64,000 nt of DNA from an uncultured Acidobacteriota bacterium (GCA_963793705.1 CAWCBC010000011.1:65351-129350); one strand, 5' to 3'. Shown: positions 1 through 12,846, counted from the stretch's first letter. Notes: generated from the letters alone by a model not told the origin. A program made the numbers and translations.

Positions 1-854
1 GGATGCTGCTTGAAGCGGTTGAACGCCATGTGCGGATCGAACAGCGGATCCCTGTAGTCGAGCCCGACGACGAACCCGAGCGGACAGCTGCCCGTCCGGC
101 ATGGCGTAGATGAACCCGCCGCCGAACTCCTCGTGGCGCAGCGGGTAGCCCAGCGTGTGCATCACGGTGCCCGGCCGCAAGGCGGCCGGCGCGGGATCTC
201 CCACAGCTCCTTGAGGCCGAGCGCGAACTGCTCCGGCTGGCGTCCGGCGCCGAGCTGCAGACGCCGCAGCAGCTCCTTGGTCAGGTTGCCGCGCACGCCG
301 TCGCAGAAGATCGTGACCTTCGCCATGATGTCGACGCCGGGCTCGAAGGTCGGCTTCTGCTCGCCGTGCCTGCCGATGCCGCGATCGCCGGTGCGCACGC
401 CGATCACGCGGGCGCCGTCCATCAGCACGTCCTGCGCCGGCGAAGCCGGTGAAGACGTCGATGCCCTCGGCCTCGACCTGCTGCGCCAGCCAGCGGCACG
501 AACTGGTTCAGCGAGATGATGAAGTTGCCGTGGTTGCGCAGCGGCGGCGGGATGATCGGAAACGCGATCGTCGCCGTGCGACGTCAGGAAGTAGACGTGA
601 TCGTCGTGCACCGGCACGGCCAGCGGCGCGCCCTTCGCTTCGAAGTCGGGAATCAGATCGCGCAGCGCCGACGGATCGAGCACCGCGCCCGACAGCATGT
701 GCGCGCCGGCCTCGCGCGCCTTCTCGAGCACCGCAATCGACAGCGGCTCGCCGCCGTGCTGCTTCTGCAGCTGCGCCAGCCGCAGCGCCGCGGACAGCCC
801 GGCCGGGCCGCCGCCGACGATCAGGACGTCGACGTCGAGGGTTTCGCGGCTCAC
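1..854 (-). CDS. Electron-transfer flavoprotein:ubiquinone oxidoreductase (ETF-QO), N-terminal part only; gene runs off the window start; frame interrupted
   Basis: ORF 162..854 opens MSRETLDVDVLIVGGGPAGLSAALRLAQ (FAD GxGxxG fold) ...VLEKAREAGAHMLSGAVLDP. Another minus frame over 1..160 reads GTVMHTLGYPLRHEEFGGGFIYAM. It lies directly downstream of etfB-etfA. Confidence 0.85.
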
Positions 855-860
855 GTGGTC

Positions 861-950
861 TTAACCGCGAAGGACACGAAGGATCCACGAAGAGCACGAA
901 CAATACTATTTTCTTCGTGATCTTCGTGATCTTCGTGGTCTTCGTGGTTA
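861..950. repeat. Intergenic hairpin made of inverted arrays of a 9-nt unit (CACGAAG-type units at 866..901 facing TTCTTCGTG/ATCTTCGTG/ATCTTCGTG/GTCTTCGTG at 911..946)
   Basis: The reverse complement of 861..900 aligns with 911..950 at about 34 of 40 positions, with the loop caatactatt at 901..910. It fills the whole spacer between the etfA stop (948..950) and the ETF-QO start (854). Confidence 0.8.
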
Positions 951-1944
951 CGCTTTTTCCAGCTCCGCGATCATCGCCGGCACGATCTCGAACAGATCGC
1001 CGACGATGCCGTAGTCGGCGACTTCGAAGATCGGCGCGTCGGCGTCCTTGTTGATGGCGACGATCGTGCGCGAGCCCTTCATGCCGACCAGGTGCTGGAT
1101 CGCGCCGGAGATGCCGAGCGCGACGTACAGCTTCGGCGCGACCGTCTGCCCGGAGCTGCCGATCTGCCGCTCCATCGGCAGCCAGCCGTTGTCGCAGATC
1201 GGCCGCGAGGCGGCCAGCTCGGCGCCCATCGCCGTCGGCCAGCTTCTCGCGCGACGGCGATGTGCTCCTGCGACTTGATGCCGCGGCCGACGGCGACGAT
1301 GCGCTCGGCCTGGCTGAGATCGACGGCCTGCTTCGCTTCCTGGAACGGCGGCTCGGGCTTCTGGCGGATCGCCGACGGCGTCGATCGTCGACGGCGACCG
1401 GCGTCACCGGCGCGGTGCCGCCCTTCTGCGACCGCGTCGGCGCGGAACGCGCCGATCTGGAACGTGACGAAGAACGGCGGCGTCGCCGACCGGCTTCACC
1501 TCCGCCGCCAGCTTGCCCTGGAACATCGGCCGCGTGAACGTCGCGTCCGGCGCCGCTGCCCGTGATCGCCGGTCACGTCGGTGACGAGCGGCTGTCGCAG
1601 CCGCGCGGCGAGCATCGGCGCGAAGTCGCGCGTCTGGTACGTGTGCGGCAGCAGCACGAGCGTCGGCGACGTCGCGTCGACGATCGCCGCGCAGCGCCAT
1701 CGCGTAGGCGTCCGGCGTGTACGACGCCAGCGCCGGATCGCTCGGCGACGAGCACCTCGGCGACACCGGCGGCCGCCAGCTCCGCGGCGACGGCGCCGAC
1801 GGCGCCGCCGAGGACGGCGACCGTGATCGGCCCGCCCGCCGCCGAGGCTTCGCGGCAGCCGGCAAGCGCCTGCGCGGCGGCGATCGTCTCCCAGGACGCG
1901 CGATTCAGCTTGCCGTCGCGCTGCTCGGCGATGACGAGGATCAC
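948..1944 (-). CDS. etfA: Electron transfer flavoprotein alpha subunit; frame interrupted
   Basis: The N-terminus is ORF 1573..1944 ([25 protein letters not shown]). The C-terminus is ORF 948..1229 ([47 protein letters not shown]). The GTG start overlaps the etfB stop (GTGA). Confidence 0.9.
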
Positions 1945-2713
1945 AGGACTCGCGCCTCGTCGCGCAGCGCCGCACCAGTTCCTTGGCCGCCTCGCCGGCG
2001 GAGCCGGCGATCATCTGCGTCTGCTTGCGCGCGTCGGCAGCGGCGAGGCGACGATCTGCTGCGCCGGCTGCAGCCCGGCCGGCAGCGCGACCTTCCTGAT
2101 CTCCTTCTTCTTCGCCGCCATGATGCCCTTCAGCGTCGCGTAGCGCAGCTGGTTGATGCCGCTCTGGATCGTGAGCAGCGCCGGCAGCGGCATCGCGATC
2201 CACTGGAACCAGCCGCCTTCGAGCTCGCGCTTCACGCGCAGCGCCCGCTGCCCGACCTGCCGGGTCGATCTGGACCTCCATGATGATCGTGGAGTGCGGG
2301 ATGCCGAGCCGCTCGGCCAGCACGACGCCGGTCTGCGCCTGCCCCTGGTCGTCGGACTGCAGGCCGGTGAGCACCAGGTCGAACTGCTCGTCGGCCATCG
2401 CCGCGGCCAGCGCGTCGGCGGTCACGAACGCGTCCGCCGACGCCAGGCGATCGTCCTCGACGTGGAGCGCGCGGTCGGCGCCGCGCGCCAGCGCCTCGCG
2501 GATCACCTGCTGCACGCGCGCCGGGCCGGCCGAGCAGACCACCACTTCGCCGCCGTGCTTCTCGCGGAGGCGCAGCGCCTCCTCGAGCGCGTAGGCGTCC
2601 GGCTCGTTCATCTCGTAGCTGACGTCCTGCTCGCGGATCCAGGTCTTGTCGTCGTTGAGACGCGGCTGCCACTCGCGGGTGGGGACCTGCTTGATGCAGA
2701 CGGCGATCTTCAT
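1941..2713 (-). CDS. etfB: Electron transfer flavoprotein beta subunit; frame interrupted
   Basis: [15 protein letters not shown]...[24 protein letters not shown]... reads from 2713 inside ORF 1496..2758. The C-terminal piece is ORF 2011..2235 ([26 protein letters not shown]). Confidence 0.9.
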
Positions 2714-2772
2714 GGCGTGGCTCCGATGCACGACCACGGAGGCACGAGCACGAGACATCGATCACGCTCCGT

Positions 2773-4045
<1,273 letters not shown>

Positions 4046-4075
4046 CGCTGCTCCATCCCGGGACTCGGTCTCTGA

Positions 4076-4318
4076 CTACTTCTTTCCCTTGGCGTGCGCC
4101 TCGATGTAGTCGATGGCTTCCTTCACGCGGGTGATCTTCTCGGCGTCCTCGTCCGGAATCTCGATGCCGAACTCCTCTTCGAACGCCATGACGAGCTCCA
4201 CCGTGTCGAGCGAGTCGGCGCCGAGGTCGTCGACGAACGACGCATCCGGCGTCACTTCTTCCTCGTCGACGCCGAGCTGCTCCACGATGATGCTCTTCAC
4301 CTTGTCTGCGACTGCCAT
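4076..4318 (-). CDS. acpP: Acyl carrier protein
   Basis: [51 protein letters not shown] with the DSL phosphopantetheine site. The internal Met of ORF 4076..4378 was chosen as the start. Confidence 0.95.
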   Translation of the reverse strand: MAVADKVKSIIVEQLGVDEEEVTPDASFVDDLGADSLDTVELVMAFEEEFGIEIPDEDAEKITRVKEAIDYIEAHAKGKK

Positions 4319-4389
4319 CAATCCTCCATTCGTGTTGGTGTGGTAGTCGGTGAGCCGGTGCCACCGACCACTAACCACTCACCAACCGA

Positions 4390-5135
4390 TCACATGTACA
4401 TGCCGCCGTTGACGGCGAGCACCTGCCCTGTAATATACGACGCCTCATCCGAGGCGAGGAAACAGACCGCCGCCGCGACGTCGTCCGGCGTGCCGAGCCG
4501 TCCGAGCGGAATCGCCGACGCCCAGTCGGCCTGCGCCTTGTCGGTGATCGCCTTGGTCATGTCGGTGTCGATCAGTCCCGGCGCCACGACGTTGACCGTG
4601 ATGTTGCGCGACGCCACTTCGCGCGCCAGCGCCTTGCTGAACCCGATCAGCCCGGCCTTCGACGCCGCGTAGTTCGCCTGCCCGGCGTTGCCCATCTGCC
4701 CGACCACCGAGCTGATGCTGATGATGCGGCCGGCGCGCTGCTTGATCATCGGCTTGAGCACCGCCTGCACGCAGGTGAACGCGGCCGTCAGGTTGGTCGC
4801 GATCACCTGATCCCAGTCGTCGCGCTTCATGCGCAGCATCAGCTGATCGCGGGCGATGCCCGCGTTGTTCACCAGGATGTCGATGCGGCCGTGCCGCTCG
4901 AGCGTCGCCGGCCACCATCGCGTCGACCGACGCCGGCGTCGGTGACGTCGACGGACGCCAGCCTCGGCCTGGCCGCCGGCCGCGCTGAATCGCGGCCACC
5001 GTCGCCGGCCGCGTTCTCGCCGCGCGCCGCCGCCACGACAGCGCGCCGCGCGCCGCCAGCGTCGTGCGCGATCGCCCGGCCGATGCCGCGCGACGCGCCG
5101 GTGACGATCGCGACCTTTCCGGTCAGGTCGAGCAT
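4390..5135 (-). CDS. fabG: 3-oxoacyl-ACP reductase; one visible frame break near 4870
   Basis: [23 protein letters not shown] (ORF 4869..5135) plus [20 protein letters not shown]...[38 protein letters not shown] (ORF 4390..4872). Confidence 0.9.
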
Positions 5136-6092
5136 GCCGCGACGACCGCCGCGAGATCCTCGGGCGACCCGAATGACACGATGCGACGCCGTCGCGCGTC
5201 CTTCGTGGATCTATTCTTGACGAGACCGCTCAGCACCGTGCCCGGGCCCACCTCAACATACGTAGTGACGCCTTCGGACGCAAGGCGGCGCACCACCGCC
5301 TCCCACGCACCGGCGCCGACACCTGGCGCACCAGCGCCTCGATCGGCGGCTGCGCGCGTCGCGCTTCGGCTCGCGCGTCGACGTTGGCGACGACCGGCAC
5401 CCGCGGGTCGCGCGGCCGGCAGCGCGCGCAGCTCCGGCGCGAGCCGCTCTTCGGCCGGCTTCATCAGCGCGCAGTGGAACGGGGCGCTCACCGGACAGCG
5501 GCACGGCGCGCTTGCGCGCCCGAGCGCCTTGCGCGCGCTCGGAGGCCCGCTGCACGGCGGCCGCCGCGCCGGCGATCACCACCTGTCCCGGGCCGTTGAT
5601 GTTCGCCGGGCTGACGACCTCGCCCTCCGCCGCCTCCTCGCACGCCCGCGGCACGGTCTCCAGGTCGCTGCCGAGAATCGCCGCCATCGCGCCGGTGCCG
5701 ACCGGCACCGCCTCCTGCATGTAGCGCCCGCGCCGCCGCACGATCGCCACCGCGTCGCCGAACATCAAGCGTGCCGGCGGCGACGTTGGCCGAGTACTCG
5801 CCCAGGCTGTGCCCGGCGACGAAGGCGGGCTGAATGCCGTGCGCCGACGAGCACCCGACAGGCGGCCATGCTGGCCGTCAGAATCGCCGGCTGCGTGTTC
5901 TCGGTCAGCGTGAGCTGATCCTCGGGCCCTCGAAGCACAGGTCGCTCAACCGCGCGGAGTCGTTGGCGTCCCGTCGAAACGCCGCGTCCGCCTCGTCGAA
6001 CGTGCTCGCGCGCCTCCGGGATAGGCGTCGGCGAGCGCCTGCCCCATGCCGACCTTCTGCGATCCCTGCCCGGGAAAGATGAACGCGATCAT
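5123..6092 (-). CDS. fabD: Malonyl-CoA:ACP transacylase; frame interrupted
   Basis: Hand translation from 6092 gives [15 protein letters not shown] 5253..5768 has GAMAAILG...[19 protein letters not shown] 5123..5491 has [12 protein letters not shown]. The ATGA overlaps the plsX stop. Confidence 0.88.
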
Positions 6093-7100
6093 CGAGACCG
6101 CCGCCGCCGCGATCTCCCGCTCGACGCGCGTGAATGAAGTCGCTCGTGGCGAACCGGTAGGCCATGGCGATCGCGTTGCGCACCGCCTTGGCCGACGAGC
6201 GGCCGTGGCCGACGATGGCCAGGCCGGCCACGCCGAGCAGCGGCGCGCCGCCGTACTCGGAGTAGTCCACGCGCCGGCGGAAGCGCCGGAACGCGCGCCG
6301 CGACAGCAGATAGCCGACCTGGCTGGAAAACGTCCCCTGCAGCTCGTCGCCGAGCAGCGCCTCCACCGTCTCCACGAGCCCTTCGCTCGTCTTCAGCACG
6401 ATGTTGCCGGTGAACCCGTCGCAGACGATCACGTCGGCGACGCCGCTGTAGATCTCGCGCCCTTCGACGTTGCCGATGAAGTTGACCGGCGCCGCCTTCA
6501 GCAGCCGGTGCGCCTCGCGCGTCAGCTCGTTGCCCTTGGTCTCCTCTTCGCCAATCGACAGCAGCCCGACGCGCGGCCGCTCGACGCCGAGCGCGACGCG
6601 CGCGTAGACGCTGCCCATGACCGCGAACTGCAGCAGGTGCTGCGGCCGGCACTCGACGTTGGCGCCGGCGTCGAGCAGCACCGCCGGCGCCGCTGCGCGT
6701 GGGGATCGTCGTCGCCAGCGCCGGACGATCGACGCCGGCAATCATGCCGAACGCCGCGTAGGCCGCCATCACGGTCGCGCCGGTGTGCCCGGCGCTGACC
6801 AGCGCGGCCGCCTCGCCGCGGGCGACGCAGTTCGGCGGCGACGCGGATCGACGCGCCGCGGCTTGCGGCGCAGCGCCGCCGCCGGCGCGTCGGTCATGTC
6901 GACGACATCCGGCGCGTCGACGATGTGGATGCCGAGGCCGGCCAGTCGGGACGTGAGGCAGCGAGCGCCGCCTCGACGCGGCCGTCGCGCCGACGAGCAC
7001 GATCTCGCGCGTCGAGATGCCGCGCCGCGGCGACGGCGCCGTCGACGATCGCGCCGGGCGCGTGATCGCCGCCCATCGCGTCAACCGCGATGCGGATCAT
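6089..7100 (-). CDS. plsX: Phosphate acyltransferase PlsX; frame interrupted
   Basis: MIRIAVDAMGGDHAPGAIVDGAV (ORF 6894..7100). LLDAGANVECRPQHLLQFAVMG...VCDGFTGNIVLKTSEGL...LLGVAGLAIVGHGRSSAKAVRNAI (ORF 5905..6741). Confidence 0.9.
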
Positions 7101-7114
7101 TGCGGCGTCGGACT

Positions 7115-7300
7115 CTACTCTTCGTTTACCGGGCGGACCTGCCGCTGCCCTTGTAGAAGCCGCAGTGCGGGCAGATGCGATGCGGAGCCTTCGGCTCGTG
7201 GCACTGCGGGCACAGACCCGTGGTCGTCGCCGGTCAGCGTGTCGTGCGTGCGCCGCTTGGCGGTGCGGGTCTTGGAGTGTCGGCGTTTTGGATTAGGCAT
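7115..7300 (-). CDS. rpmF: 50S ribosomal protein L32; second half out of frame
   Basis: ORF 7115..7300 opens [20 protein letters not shown]. It has the usual position next to yceD/plsX. Confidence 0.85.
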   Translation of the reverse strand: MPNPKRRHSKTRTAKRRTHDTLTGDDHGSVPAVPRAEGSASHLPALRLLQGQRQVRPVNEE

Positions 7301-7318
7301 AGTTGCGTCTACGACGCC

Positions 7319-7856
7319 CTACGCTTCGTCCCTGACCAGTCCCTTCAGGGCGGCCAGCCGGGGATCCTCCCATTCGGTCGCGCACGTGCACGTGCCGGTG
7401 TTCAGGTTCGTGCCGCACTGCGGGCACAGGCCCCGGCAGTCCTCCCGGCACAGCGGCTTCATCGGCAGCGCCAGGTAGAACTGCTCGCGCAGCAGCTCGT
7501 TCAGGTCGATCTGGTCGTCCCGGTAGTAGCTGGTGTCCAGATCCTCTTCCTCGACCTCCTGCTCGTCGCCTTCGCCAGTTCGGTGGCCGGCAGGTACCGC
7601 AGGTCGAACGGCGCATCCACCGGCAGCCGGAACGGCTCGAGGCAGCGGCTGCACGGCAGCTCCAGCTCGGTCCGCGCCGTGCCCGACCAGCCGGAACTTG
7701 TCCTTGTCCTTGTGGATGTCGAAGTCCAGCTCGACCGGCGCGACAATCCGATACGCATCCCCTTCCTGCGCCACCTCCGCGGGCTGAAACGTTCGCGAGA
7801 AATGCTGCCTCGGGCTGCCGATACCGGGTGAGATCGAGCTGCATTGGCTCGGTCAC
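7319..7856 (-). CDS. YceD/DUF177 family protein; frame interrupted
   Basis: ORF 7319..7774 ends ...LCREDCRGLCPQCGTNLNTGTCTCATEWEDPRLAALK. ORF 7501..7890 carries CSRCLEPF. It shows the conserved rpmF-adjacent context. Confidence 0.8.
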
Positions 7857-7890
7857 TGTCGGGCCGATTCCCGACAGGCCAGACCGTCAA

Positions 7891-9028
7891 TTATACCGCT
7901 GAGTCCGCCAATTCACTGGCACCTGCTTCCGGCACTCGGCCTATTCGGTCCTGATCGGCCCGATCCAGGGCTTGGGGATGAAGAGCCGCTCGAAGAGGGT
8001 CACCGCGAAGCGGTCGGTCATGCCGGCCAGGAAGTCCCGGGCGGCCACGTCGAGACCCCTCGGCCTCGAGGATCCGCGGGTCGAGGAACTCGCCCGGCCG
8101 CTCGCGGACCTTCTCCCACAGCCCGCCGAGGATGCCGGTGGCCTTCCTGAACTCGGCGGTGGCGGTCTCGTTCTCGTAGACCGCCTCGAACAGGAACGCC
8201 CGCATCGCCAGCGTCGCCTCGAGCACCGCGTCGCTCATGCGGATCTCGGCGAGGCCCGCGTGCTGGGTCTCGGTCACCACGTCCTTGACCATCCGGGCGA
8301 TCCGCGCCGACGAGGACGTCCCGAGCACGGCCACGGCGTCCCGCGGCAGATCGCTCTCCTTCAGCACCCGGCCCGCACCGCGTCGTCGATGTCGTGGTTG
8401 ACGTAGGCGATGAGGTCGGCGACGCGCATGATCTGCCCTTCGAGCGTCGCCGCGCGCTTGTCCGGGTCGAGACCGACCGGCGAGCCGCTTCTTGCCCTTC
8501 GAGTGCCGCCCGATGCCGTCGCGCACTTCCCAGGTCAGGTTCAGGCCGCGGCCGTCGTTCTCGAGCACGTCGACGATGCGCAGGCTCTGCTCGTAGTGGC
8601 GGAAGCCGCCCGGGCACCAGCGAGTCGAGCACCCGCTCGCCGGCGTGGCCGAACGGCGTGTGGCCGAGGTCGTGGCCGAGCGCGATGGCTTCGGTCAGCT
8701 CCTCGTGCAGCCGCAGCACCTTGGCGATGGTCCGCGCAATCTGCGACACCTCGAGCGTGTGCGTCAGCCGCGTGCGGTAGTGGTCGCCGGCCGGCGCGAA
8801 GAAGACCTGCGTCTTGTGCTTCAGCCGGCGGAACGCCTTGCTGTGGATGATCCGGTCGCGATCGTGCTGAAACGCCGGCCGGACGTCGTCTTCGGGCTCG
8901 GGCCGCAGCCGGCCGCGCGAGGCGGCGCTCTTGGCCGCCTGCGGCGCCAGCGTCTCGCGCTCGCGCTGCTCGAGCGCCTCACGAATGCTGGACGATGTTC
9001 TCTCCCCCAGCTCCCTCGCCGGCCACAT
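7891..9028 (-). CDS. HD-domain dNTP triphosphohydrolase-like protein (dGTPase family); frame interrupted
   Basis: [51 protein letters not shown]...[15 protein letters not shown] in ORF 8018..9415. The C-terminus is in ORF 7891..8568. A candidate ATG at 9028 is preceded by GGAGGAG. Confidence 0.85.
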
Positions 9029-10235
9029 CTCCTCCAGGAAGCTGGTGCCGTGCGCCAGCGGGCCGACGCCGAAGTCTGTCGGCGAGCGTCTGGCCGAGGT
9101 CGGCAAAGGTGCGCCGCGTGCCGAGGTCGACGCCTGTGCCGAACCGCGGCGCCCGGTCAGCAGAAGCGGCACGTACTCGCGCGAATGATCGGTGCTCGGC
9201 GTCGTCGGATCGTTGCCGTGGTCGGCGGTGACGACGAGCAGGTCGTCTCCCGCAGCCTGCCGATCAGCACCGCCCAAGCCGCTGCGTCGAACCGCTCGAG
9301 GTTGGCGGCATACCCGCGACGTCGTTGCGGTGGCCGTACAGCGTGTCGAAGTCGACGAGGTTGGCGAAGACCAGCCCGCTGGCGTGTCCGCCATCGCCTG
9401 AAGAATCGCGTCCACGCCGTCGCTCGTCGCTGCTCGTCGGCACGCTCCGCTGGATGCCGCGGCCGGCGAACAGATCGCTCACCTTGCCGACCCGACACGA
9501 CCGGAACCCGGGCGCGCGTCAGCCGATCGAGCAGCGTCTCGCCGAACGGCTCGAGCGCGTAGTCGTGCCGGTTGGCGGTCCGCGTGAACGCGCCGGGCCG
9601 CCGACGAACGGCCGGGCGATGACGCGGCCGACGCCCAGCCCCCGGCCGACCAGCTCGAACGCGATCTCGCAGATCCGGTACTGCTCGGCGATCGGGATGA
9701 CGTCTTCGTGCGCGGCGATCTGGAACACGCTGTCGGCCGACGTGTAGACGATCGGCTTGCCGGTCGCGACGTGCTCGACGCCGAGCCGGTCGATGATCTC
9801 CGTGCCGGAGGCGACGACGTTGCCGAGCGTGCCGCGGCCGATCCGCCGCTCGAACTCGGCGATCAGCGTCGGCCGGAAACCCGTGCGGAAACGTCGGAAA
9901 CGGGCGGTCGAGGACGATGCCCATCATCTCCCAGTGCCCGGTGACCGAATCCTTGCCGGCGACGCTTCCGCCATCCGGCCGTAGGCGCCCAACACTGGCA
10001 AATCAGCGTCGATGCTCGTGGGCGCCCCTTTCAGGGGTGCCTGCCGGCGCCGCGCCAATTGCGCTGACGCGATCGAGACCAAGGGCGCGCAGTCGCGGCA
10101 GGTCGCAGCGGCACCTGTCTGGCGATGTTGCCGAGCGTGTCGCTGCCCTCGTCGCCGTACGCCGCCGCGTCGGGCAGCTCGCCGAAGCCGACGCTGTCGA
10201 GGACGATGAGGATGACGCGGGAGAAGGGGCGATTC
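9029..10235 (-). CDS. deoB: Phosphopentomutase; heavily frame-broken, ends approximate
   Basis: Hand-read [31 protein letters not shown] (about 10130..10230). [16 protein letters not shown] (near 9927). IGRVIARPF (ORF 9519..9728). [27 protein letters not shown] (ORF 8018..9415). Confidence 0.85.
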
Positions 10236-10509
10236 AGGGTCAGGAATTCGGCGAGAAATAGTTCGCGACCGCGCGTCGGCGTCTCGATGGTGGCGATCGC
10301 GTGCTTGAAGATCAGCTGATCCGCCCGCCGACTTCGACGACGACGGCGAACTGGTCGAAGTTCTTGATGCGCGCGTCGAGCTGGCGGCCGTCCATCAGGT
10401 GAATGGTCACGCGACAGCCGATCGCGCCGCGCGAAGTTGAGAAAGACATCCTGGATCTTGGATTGAGCCGACGCCGATGCTGACCTCGGGGTTCAGTGAC
10501 CTGGGCCAT
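10225..10509 (-). CDS. hfq: RNA chaperone Hfq; frame break near 10320, 3' end uncertain
   Basis: ORF 10312..10560 contains MAQ...[30 protein letters not shown]. The next frame continues [14 protein letters not shown]. Confidence 0.85.
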
Positions 10510-11459
10510 CAGGGACCGTCTCCTCAGTCTGAATGCCACGCGCCGCGAGCGCCTCGACAACGCGCTCGAGTGTGGCCGGCAGCTCGCCAGGACCGTCGAA
10601 CCAGATAAGATTAGGCTCTTTGCGAAACCAGATCAACTGCCGTCGCGCGTAGCGACGGTTCTCCTGCACGATGAGCCGCGCGTCTCCGCCTCGTCGCGCA
10701 CGCCGCGCAGCATCTCCATCACCTGCCGGTAGACCAGGCCGCCGAACGGGCGCGCGTCCGGCGGCACGCCGCGCGCGAGCAGGCCGCGCACTTCGTCGAC
10801 GATGCCGCGCGCGAACTGCTCGTCGACGCGCCGGGCCACGCGCTCGGCCGTCAGCGCGGGCGGCAGCCTGAAGCGCGACGCTGGTGACGTCGCAGTCCGC
10901 AATCAGCGAGCGCGTCTGCTCGAAGTGGGTCGTCAGCGGGCGGCCGGTGGTGAAGTACACCTCCAGCGCGCGCACCAGCCGCTTGCGATCGCGCGGCATG
11001 ATCCGCGCGGCCGATTCGGGGTCGACCCGCTGCAGCATCCGGTGCAGGCGCTCCGGACCCCTTGCGCGCCGCGACCTTGTCGAGCCGGGCCCGCAGCGCC
11101 TCGTCGGCGCCCGGGCCCGGGAACAGCCCGCGCGTCAGCGCGCGGTAGTAGAACCCGGTGCCGCCGACCAGAATCGGCAGCCGGCCGCGGCGATGGATGT
11201 CGCGAATCGCGCGCTCGGCGTCGTGGGCGAACTGCGCCGCCGTGTAGACCTCGGTGGGGTCGGCGATGTCGATCAGGTGGTGCGGGATGCCGCGCCGCTG
11301 CTCCGCGCTCAGCTTGTCGGTGCCGATGTCGAAGCCGCGATACACGGCCGTCGAGTCGCAGTTGATGATCTCGCCGCCGTAGCGCTCGGCCAGCGCCAGG
11401 CCAAGCGCGCTCTTGCCGGAAGCGGTCGGCCCGAGGACGGCGAGAACGAGAGGGCGCAC
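10493..11459 (-). CDS. miaA: tRNA dimethylallyltransferase; frame interrupted
   Basis: [45 protein letters not shown]...HHLIDI...[12 protein letters not shown] (ORF 10851..11858). The C-terminus is ORF 10493..11038. The classic miaA-hfq pairing is present. Confidence 0.9.
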
Positions 11460-11816
11460 ATCGGAATTCAACCACGAAGCGCGCCGCTGGTGCGTCTTTG
11501 AGATTCGTGTAGGACGCCAGGGTCCGGTTCGCGCGTCGGCGGCCTCGCCGGGCGAGCCTGCTCGCGGCTCCCGGTTCACGACGTGGAAAATCGGACCCTC
11601 CGGCATGGACTGACGAAGCCGCCGTCGCCTTGAATGATCCGTGCGACAGCCTTCAAATCGTGTCAGTAACCGGGTGTATCGCACGTCAGTGGCGACAGCA
11701 GCGGCGCCGGCGCAACCGCGCCTGCGGCCCGATTTAGCGTCTTCGCTGATCACGTCGTTCACAGGTCGCACGCGACAGGCTCGACCCGGCGAGGCCGCAG
11801 AAGACGCGCTGATTGA

Positions 11817-12022
11817 GCGAGGCGGCTTGGCACATCGCGCCGCGAAGCCTTCGAGCAAGCCGACAGCGAAGTCGAAAGAGCACGAGGAGGCTGGGACGTT
11901 CGGTGAGGTTGAGCCCGCGCGAGAGCGCGGGCGACCCGAGCGGCCTGCGAGGGCCTAGCGCCCCCGCAGCGCTCTTCGGCGCCGCGAGCGGCTTCGCGAC
12001 GCGATGTGCCAAGCCGACTCGC
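11817..12022. repeat. Long inverted repeat: about 32-bp stem (11817..11849 pairs with 11990..12022, 2 mismatches) enclosing about 140 nt
   Basis: ggcttggcacatcgcg (11824..11839) is the exact reverse complement of cgcgatgtgccaagcc (12000..12015). cgcgaagcc (11841..11849) pairs with ggcttcgcg (11990..11998). The outer 6 bp also pair. It lies in a roughly 600-bp gap with no convincing ORF. Confidence 0.85.
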
Positions 12023-12056
12023 CAATCTGAAGGCCCGCTACACCGAATCGAGAACT

Positions 12057-12846
12057 CTAGGCGATGGAGCGGCGGCTTGTCGTGTAGGTATGGACCAATC
12101 CCCGGCGGCGCCACGACGCCATGGCAGCCTCGCCGAGAAACTTGGCAATCGCCTCGATCTTGAATTCGGCGTATCGTCGCTGCAGCTCACGCGGCCAGCG
12201 ATCGCGGGCGCCCCACGCCTTGCCGTAACCCTCGCGAACGGCCCGACCCAGGCGCCACGTCCGCCCCGATGTCCGCCTGCCAGAGCGCGGTCGATCGGTC
12301 CAGTAGCTCCTGCGCTCGTTCGCTCGCAGGATCGACGCTGAGTGCCGACTCGATGTCCCGGAACAGCGCGCGCCACGCGGCCGACGGCCAATCGTGGAAA
12401 TAGCGCTCGCCCCACTTCATCCAGGCTTCGTCGCTGAAGTACCCGCGCATGGCTTCAAGTGCGTCCAGCATCTCCACGCCGGCCGCCAGACGGTCCAGCA
12501 GTGACGTTTCAGCACGGGTCGCCCTGCGTTTCAAGTTGCTGCAGGACCTGCGAATCGCCTCTTCAATCCCGGCTCGCGACTGCTCGAGCCTCGCCCGTTG
12601 CGCTCGGAAGCGTCTCAGCCACATCCGACGGCGGACCCTTGAAGCAGCGATGCGATCCGCAGCAGCGGCATCCCAATCGGCCCGGAGCGCGAGGATGTGC
12701 CGCATGCGCTGCTGGTCCGTCGGCACGTACACGCGATGGCCGGCGTCAGTTCGCGACGGCGTGAGCAGCCCGAGGCGGTCGTAGTGCTGAAGTGCTCTGA
12801 CCGTGACCCCGGTCAGCGCCGCAAACTCGCCTACTCGGTATCTCAC
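12057..12846 (-). CDS. MerR-family transcriptional regulator with a TipAS-like C-terminal domain; frame break near 12200
   Basis: ORF 12187..12933 has YRVGEFAALTGVTVRALQHYDRLGLLTPSRTDAGHRVY (MerR HTH) followed by a roughly 170-aa domain. The third frame continues ...GYGKAWGARDRWPRELQRRYAEF. A GTG start at 12846 lies 6 nt after GGAGGA. Confidence 0.75.

Noticed and set aside
861-950. The regularly spaced 9-nt repeats might be a degenerate CRISPR-like array.
   Set aside because: The units are contiguous with no spacers, only 9 nt long, and arranged as two inverted blocks forming a hairpin. No cas genes are present in the window.
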